A stretch of 60,511 bases of DNA, the filler included, from Streblomastix strix (Eukaryota): assembly GCA_008636045.1 (NCBI GenBank). It is 3 parts of 3 records of this genome, joined end to end, with 100 filler letters (N's around TTAATTAATTAA, not from the genome) between each part and the next. Parts side by side here need not be neighbours in the genome. Positions count along the whole stretch, not along the records: positions 40,441 to 60,511 come from SNRW01000459.1; 2 more parts are not named here. One strand, 5' to 3'. Numbering within the stretch: position 1 is the stretch's first letter; each line of letters opens with the position of its first letter. Under the pieces are notes generated by a model that was not told the origin of the DNA, ran no database searches, and saw only the letters and a program-made list of their open reading frames with translations. The translations under genes were made by a program, and so were the position numbers. Shown piece after piece: positions 53,509 to 60,511 of this stretch.

Positions 53509-56500
53509 TCACTTTTAATCATTCCAATATGGATCAACTTTCGTGGGTATAAATCCCTCCTTAGCAAGAGTAATATGAGCATAGTTGCACTTATCTCCAT
53601 GCTTACACCAGTTCTACCTAGTGTAAAATATGCAAATACCCTTTGTTGCTTTTGTTATATTCTTTGCTCCACCTCGCTAATCAGATAATCTAATTTAATT
53701 AACTCGGAAATCAGAAGAATTTGGCACATTAACTTCAACTGTAAATTCACAATATGCTCCCATTATGATATTTTATTGCTATTCTTATCTCACTCTTCTC
53801 AGGTCTAAAAAAACATTATCTGGAAAAACTGGACATGCGACCCACGCTCGTCTTGTTTCAGGAGAGAAATTACCCAAAAGAATTCCTTCAAATCTCATAT
53901 TTTAAGGCGGTGGATTATCTCTTCCATATTTTGCCAATACTGGCTATCCATTAAGTTGCCTATTACTTGGTACAAGCTGTTATCCTTATACATTAGTAAT
54001 ACTAACAACAGATATTGGATATGGATTCTAAGTTCTTTCTGCACTTACACTAGCTGTAGTACTTCCAACTACTCCACTTGCTTAAACAACTCCATCTTTT
54101 TATACTGGTTTTATTTCTTATTTCTCTTTTCCAGCAACTTCCCAACCATCGCTATTCTCCCCACTATTATTGTCTCCATTAGATTCTCTTCCTTCATTTT
54201 CACTTTATGGAATTTCATCTTCATAATCTGAATCTATTTCATTATCTTTTGATTTGCTACCAGATCGAATTCCTGGTCTCTCTGTTCTTTGAGTAATAAT
54301 TCCATCTTCATCATCTTTAAATTTCTTTTCTGATTTCTTCTTACTGTTTTTACTTGTTGTACTTTTACTTCTGGAATTTTCTTTCTCATTATCAGTGCCA
54401 TTTGCATTTCCTTTTGAACTCTTTCCATATTTATCAGTTATTTTAGATGAAGAAATATCACCATTGCTTGTTTTAATACTTGTTCTTTTACTCCCATTTA
54501 ACATGTTTGCGTTTCCTGATCTATTGTTACTATCACTTCTTTTATTATCTCCAGAATCATTTTGTTTCTAACTTTTGGATGTATCTCCTTTGTTTGTATT
54601 CGGTTATGCAATACTTGAAGCATAAGCTGCATATTATGAGACACTTGAATTCAAAACATTTGTTGCCTTTGGTTATGCCTGTATCTGTGTCTGTGATATT
54701 TGATTATTTTATTATGACTAAATAAACTTCAATTATTATGATGTTTATTCTGTTCCATTCTTTTATATGAAACCTGGAGGAAATTAATTTTGTTATATGG
54801 ACCTTATTTAATTCTAATTCTGAGATATGTCAGACATTTATGTAATTTAAGTTTCTGCAGGCCATGGATTTGAAACAGGCATCTTTTGTTATAAGGCTAA
54901 TTACTGTTATGATTATTATATCTGAGTATTTAACCACACATTTTAGCCAGGATTAGCACTCATTGATATATCTTCATTTCTCTTCTTTATCTCATTTGGC
55001 TTTGGTGCTTCAATTATTTATAATTTAGGTGTTGTGTTTGCACTAATACTCATATTAAATTATTAATTCTATCCTGGTATGTTTTGAAATAATTAAGAAT
55101 TGTTTATATTACTTCCTTAATTTGTATTACTTGTGTTACTTTGAATTGTCTGAGGTTTCCCAAATTTTGGTGGATTCGGTGTTGGTGTTCTTGTTTTCTT
55201 TGTTGTTTCTGAAGATTAGGAATTATTTACATTAAAAGGAGACAATGATTAAGAAGATTAGGATGTGGGTGTCGGTGGATTCATAACTCTATCAATCTTA
55301 GTCTGAGAACCAAACATTGATTAGGAAGAAGTTTATTCAGTTGTGTTCATAGGAAGAATATTTGATGAGTAAACCTAAGGAGAATATTGTGCATTATTAG
55401 ATATATTCAATTATGATTTATCATTTCTTTAATTGTGGCTTTAACTAGATGTTGAATTATGGATGTTATCTTATATGTTTTATAGATTTAATTGAGGTGA
55501 CTAAGAAATGGATCTTGTTTGTGGAGGAGCAGGAAGATTCAGAGCAATTTATTATATTTCTTCTTTCCTTATTATTCCTTCTCTTATACTCAATATATCA
55601 TCTTTCTCTTTTTCTTTCTCTCTCTCAATATCACTCAATACAAATGTTGGTGTTTGTGTTGGAGTAAGAGTTGGAGTCTGTTATTAATTCTATGAATTGT
55701 TTTCTTTCTTTCTTTTCCTTCTTTCACTCTTGCTTCTATTCTAATTATCATTGCTATGGTTACTCTCATGATCTTATATAACCTTATTATCACTGTATAT
55801 ATCATATTATTATATCAATTCATTCAGACTGTAACTGCTTCCTTTGATATTACTCCCTTCTTTTGAGCTTTGAATATCATCTGAAGTTTCAATTGATTCA
55901 TTCTCATTCTCTAATAGTTTTCTCTTTTGAGTAATATTTTCATTAGTTTTTTCATTCATTTATGCAAATTAATTCATTTAGTCCTAAGCTTAAATCTATT
56001 CAGAATCCAAATCTTATCTATCTCTTTCTTTATCATTGTTCTCATTTCTAATTCTCATTATGTAATTTTCTCTGAATTGTTCATTACTTATACCATTACC
56101 TTACAACTGTGCATATTGATCTATCAACATCTCATTATCATAATCATCATAATGATTTTATTTATTTATTTGTTTCTTTTTTTTATTATTATTAATTTTC
56201 TCTTTCAATGATTCTTTCCCCTTTCTAATTATTCCAAATTTATCTCTTTTTATTGATGATTATTAATAATCTTGTTTCTCATTTATTCTTTTTCTTTTCT
56301 TTGTTTATTGGAATTCATCATCGTCATCAATTAGTTGAGTGAATAATTGTGAAAGAGGAATGTTATTAGAAATCCTTTCTTATTCTGATAATGAATTTTA
56401 TTTCGATCTTTCTTGAAGCATTGAAATTGATATTTAAGGCGGCTTTCTATGTAATAACATTTCAGTATCATTATCATAAGAAGATTTTATTCTGGTTTAT

Positions 56501-57235
56501 GCAATGTTCATTCCATCATACCACTCACTTTATTCACTAACAAATGTCTCTTTTGGATGTTCATCAATATTAAATTATGCTCTGGTGTGCCTTATTGTAT
56601 CCAAATGTATATCTGCCCACTACGTATATGCATCTAATACAGCTAAATTCATATATCCAAATAGAGATCCAAAAGATGGAAGTTTCTTACTTGGATCAAA
56701 TATTATCTATTTTGCTATTTTTAAATTCTCACCAAGATTCAGAAGTGTGTCAGATTGCGATAAAAACTTTTATAATTCCTCAGAATCTGGAACAAAATTT
56801 ATTAATTCATTATCAATGAAAGTGTTATTTGAATGAGAATCAGCTTAAAAATCATTTATCTACTCTTAATCATATGGTAAAAAAATGGTAGTCAAAGAAG
56901 TTTTCCCACTTTACTTGTTTAATTATGGAGCTTCCATTTCTTGGGTTATCTGATCAACTAATCTTTTTATATCAGCAGTCAAACGCTCTTATGAAGATCT
57001 TTCTAAATTGTTAAGAAAATCATGAAGTTGTTCTAATGCTTTATTTAATGTTTCAAAAAGGATGCTAAGAACGGTTATTCTTCTTTCAAAATCGCGTGGA
57101 AGCTAGTCAATCAAATATATTTGTGAAAAAAAACATAGAAAAAATACAATAGCACACCAATCCTAATAGTTTCTTTAATCTACCAAGCGTTTCTTTTGAT
57201 TCACCTGCTACAAACTGAGCTGCAACCCCCGACAT
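53509..57235 (-). CDS. Low-complexity protein with a C-terminal cold-shock/OB-like domain and CCCH zinc finger
   Basis: ATG 57235, intron ~57104-57157; C-terminus RFEGILLGNFSPETRRAWVACPVFPDNVFLDL...GAYCEFTVEVN...FRVNQIRL, then CIFYTRQNWCKHGDKCNYAH (C-x8-C-x5-C-x3-H); TGA at 53509-53511. Confidence 0.75.
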
Positions 57236-58097
57236 CTTGAAATTAATTAATAAAATGTCCAAAAAAAATTAAACAATATGATATAGGAATAGTATAGTAA
57301 AATGTTTTAAATTAGAGTTGTGAAAGTTCTTGTCGGATGCATCTTCCTAAAATTAATAGTTTAATATAATTCAAAATAGTTTCTTAATATCGTTAAATTC
57401 ATGTTTTAAAACGAACAATATTCTCGATTGAATTTAGCGCTCGTGAGATAAGAATAACTAAAGTAAGAGTAATAGGAATATTATATGAATTAATTGGAAA
57501 ATTATAGTGTAGTTTAAAATAGAAAAGTTCATGTTGTGGATGTTAAAAAGCAATATTTACATTATTGATGTATTTTGCAATTAAAAGACTGATTGAAATA
57601 ATTATTATAGCACAATCACAAATATATTCACTTTAAGCTTACAAATAAATCAGATGAAAATAAGAAAATGATGCTGTGTCAGCAGGAATATGGAAAGTAA
57701 ATAACAGAACTGTTCACAAATGCTGGGTGATTTTAATCTTAATAAATAAATTTTCAAAATTTATTTTTTGTTAAACTCCTATTTATCATTCAGACTTATT
57801 TTAAAACAATAATTAACAATCTTGTTTATTTAATAGTAAATAAACATTAATCAAACTCAATTTGATAAAATATAAATTAATAAAATGAAAATGAAAATAA
57901 AATAAAAGTTGATAATTAAAAAAAATGTAATGAAAATTGAAAAAAAGAATAAAAAATAATAAACAAGGATAATAAAAATTTCCTACATATAAACGCAATG
58001 TCAAAATCATAACATTTTGTTAAATAGTTACTAATTATTTATAAAAATATATATTTTTGAAAACAATTGCAATTATAATGAAGAATATCACAATTTA

Positions 58098-60511
58098 TCA
58101 AAGAATAATACAGCAACTATCATGATGAGGATAAAAAATTGGTTCAATAATAATATTATTATTTTCAATTTCAATTTCATTATGAATATTATTTTTAGAG
58201 GACACAGTATCTGGAGTTTATAATGTGTTAAACACTACCATTTCACTTGTTCCTGTTTTAATAATTGGAAATGATTGTGCTATTTGTTCTAAAATAACAA
58301 AAGAATTTTCATTCTTAAACTATTATTATTATATATTTTCATGGTTAACTTTCTGTTATAGAGAATCATACTCATTTTTCTTTATCTGCTATTTTTAATT
58401 CATAAACTTTTCACTTAAATTTTCTTCTTTCCATGAATTATTTTATTTATTTCTTTCATTTAAATCTATTTTCATTTGTTAAGAGTAAGATATATCAAAG
58501 ATATCAGACGTAATAATCCTTGCAATTGGTCTGGTAATGCTTATTTATTCATTAAAGTTATTAATTGTTTTTATTGTTGATGTATTATAATTAAGTATAT
58601 TAGCTTCTTGAATTTATGAGTTTGATCTTTAATTGTGCTAATTAACAAATTATGGAGGTGTAAGCAATAAATTAATATTATGATTATCAATATTTTATTG
58701 ATTTTATGATTATAATCTTTGAATAGCAGAAAATGGTAAAGTCGGACAGTTGAACAAAATTTAGTTATTAAACATTTCTTACTACTGACAATCATTAGAA
58801 AATTGTTCTGAATTTATTTCAACAGTTTTTATGATTCCTTTTTCACTCATTCTTGATATTGAAGTTAAATGAGAGAATGATGATTAATAAGATTAGAATT
58901 AAGGTGTTTATGATTAATGAATATCTTATATTAAAGAAGGACTGAATGATTTATAATAATTACAGTTCTAAAAGGTTTTAAATTTTATTTTGTCATCCTA
59001 ATTTCTATTTTATTCCAATTTCACAAAATCTTTTTATTTTTCTATTCAATTCATATCCTATACATTCTAAACGGGATTATCATATTATGATATCTTAACA
59101 TCCACATTCATTTTCTAATCCTTTTTATTTCTTTAATTTGTATTTTAAATAGAAAAACTAGGGCCACTGCCTTATAATGGAGAAGAAACATAATCGCTGG
59201 ATTATTTATTAGATTAAGAAAGTGAAGAAACATTTCTCTGAATTTATTTATTTCTAACATGTGGTGTATCAATAATATTCACATTGGATGTATGCTCATT
59301 TAATTAAGCAGAATATTGATTTTAATTATTATATCTGAAATTCATTTCATGTATTCCATCATCTGTTTACTTGATAAATTAATTATATTATTATTTTGAA
59401 CCATTTTTATGATTTTAACTTAAAGGACTTTGAAAAGATTAACTTTATATACTTTCTTAATATGAAGAGTCTTCATTCTAATTAAATCCATCAATAAATT
59501 TTATTTCAGTTTCATGATCACAATCAATTGTAACTTCATCATTAGAATTCTATTTCATTTTCTTCTGATTGTCAGATAGAAATTGTGGTATCTCGTTTGA
59601 TGAGTAAAACTATGCTATTTTTTGGATGGAATTTTAATTTGAAATTGTATATGTGTTTTCTCCGACTCCATTCAAGTCAGAAAAATTTTGATTTCTGGTT
59701 TCAATGAGTGAATATGATTGAATTGGATGCGCTTGTTTCATCATTAGTTGTTATTCTTAAGTTGAGAATGGTCCATATTCTATATTGCAAATTGGTTATT
59801 CATTATCTAGTGCTATATTCTCCATTTAATTGTTAATATTATTTTCTATATTTGTACTTTTTCCTGATTAATAGTCTGATTATTAAATTTCAATTCAATT
59901 ATTATGAATTGGAGAATGTTACTATCTTTATTATAATGGAATTATCAATTTTGGAATATTAAGCTATTTGATCTTATTCTGATTTATGCCATTTGGAGAT
60001 GATTCTGTTAATCCAGTGAATTTAAAATCTTTTGTTTATTAGTATAATGAAGATTTATAATCCACATCCTACTTTTTCTACTCAAATTATTCATTTGTTT
60101 TTAATAGAAGTTATTGTTAATGAAACTGAGTTTCATTTTTATATTAGCTAAATAAATCTAATTATTGCTTGTAATGATAATAAATATTTTATTATATATT
60201 AAAAATTTATTATTATTTAAATTTCATTATATTTTATTGGTTTATTTCTTGAATAAGACACAAATTTGTTAGTTCATAATTCATTTGGTCTTTAATAGTT
60301 AGATTTTTTATAGGCTTAATTTAGCTTTATGATTATCCAATCATCTGTATTTATGTGTTACTATCTCTTCCAATTCCAGAAGATGAGCTCGTTTCTAAAC
60401 CTGACATATTTGAAATGTGGTGTTGATGTGTGATTGATCGCTATTAAACTAATTCAGCCTCCCACTCAAAAGGCTAATTCAAATCAAGATCATTTCTTTA
60501 TGCAACAGAAT
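58098..60511 (-). CDS. 3' part of a probable CK1/TTBK-family kinase with a long Q/S/N-rich tail and a CaaX end
   Basis: Begins at the window edge with SVAQRNDLDLNQPFEWE (like the PFDWE closing CK1/TTBK kinase domains); one intron near 60150-60260; ends HHDSCCIIL-TGA. Confidence 0.6.

Noticed and set aside
56900..57235. ING-family call for the 53509-57235 gene (LPRDFERRITVL helix)
   Set aside because: No C-terminal PHD finger; the C-terminus is CSD-like plus CCCH
57420..57900. Possible small plus-strand spliced gene
   Set aside because: Only one plausible exon (HNHKYIHFKLTNKSDENKKMMLC...); no clear start or homology

Overview
AT-rich eukaryotic genomic DNA using the ciliate-type code: TAA/TAG = Gln, TGA the only stop. 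Genes carry many short GT-AG introns, so the supplied standard-code ORF track is largely uninformative. The code, intron style and gene families suggest an oxymonad such as Streblomastix (inference). The window is three unrelated ~20 kb contigs (1-20124, 20225-40340, 40441-60511) joined by artificial N44-TTAATTAATTAA-N44 spacers. Recognisable host genes: proteasome ATPase Rpt4 (with a 6-nt micro-exon), CTU1/NCS6, TatD, a PHO80/CYCU-type cyclin, PP2A methylesterase PME-1, IFT dynein-2 heavy chain, a large secreted beta-helix-type protein, an LRR protein, a cold-shock/CCCH protein and kinase fragments. Most unusual elements: (i) a degenerate LRLRGG-CXC-PD-(D/E)XK nuclease-RRM cassette abutting a truncated membrane-protein gene; (ii) a decayed virus-like island with a PrimPol-SF3 helicase gene, an iteron/hairpin block, a mini element with Polinton-like AGTAGT ends, a second PD-(D/E)XK remnant and a fibre-like ORF; (iii) a stand-alone 76-aa ubiquitin variant ending RGA; (iv) a ~550 bp inverted duplication placing one gene's upstream region in front of the cyclin. 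All translations and family calls were made by eye without database searches, and boundaries marked ~ are approximate.
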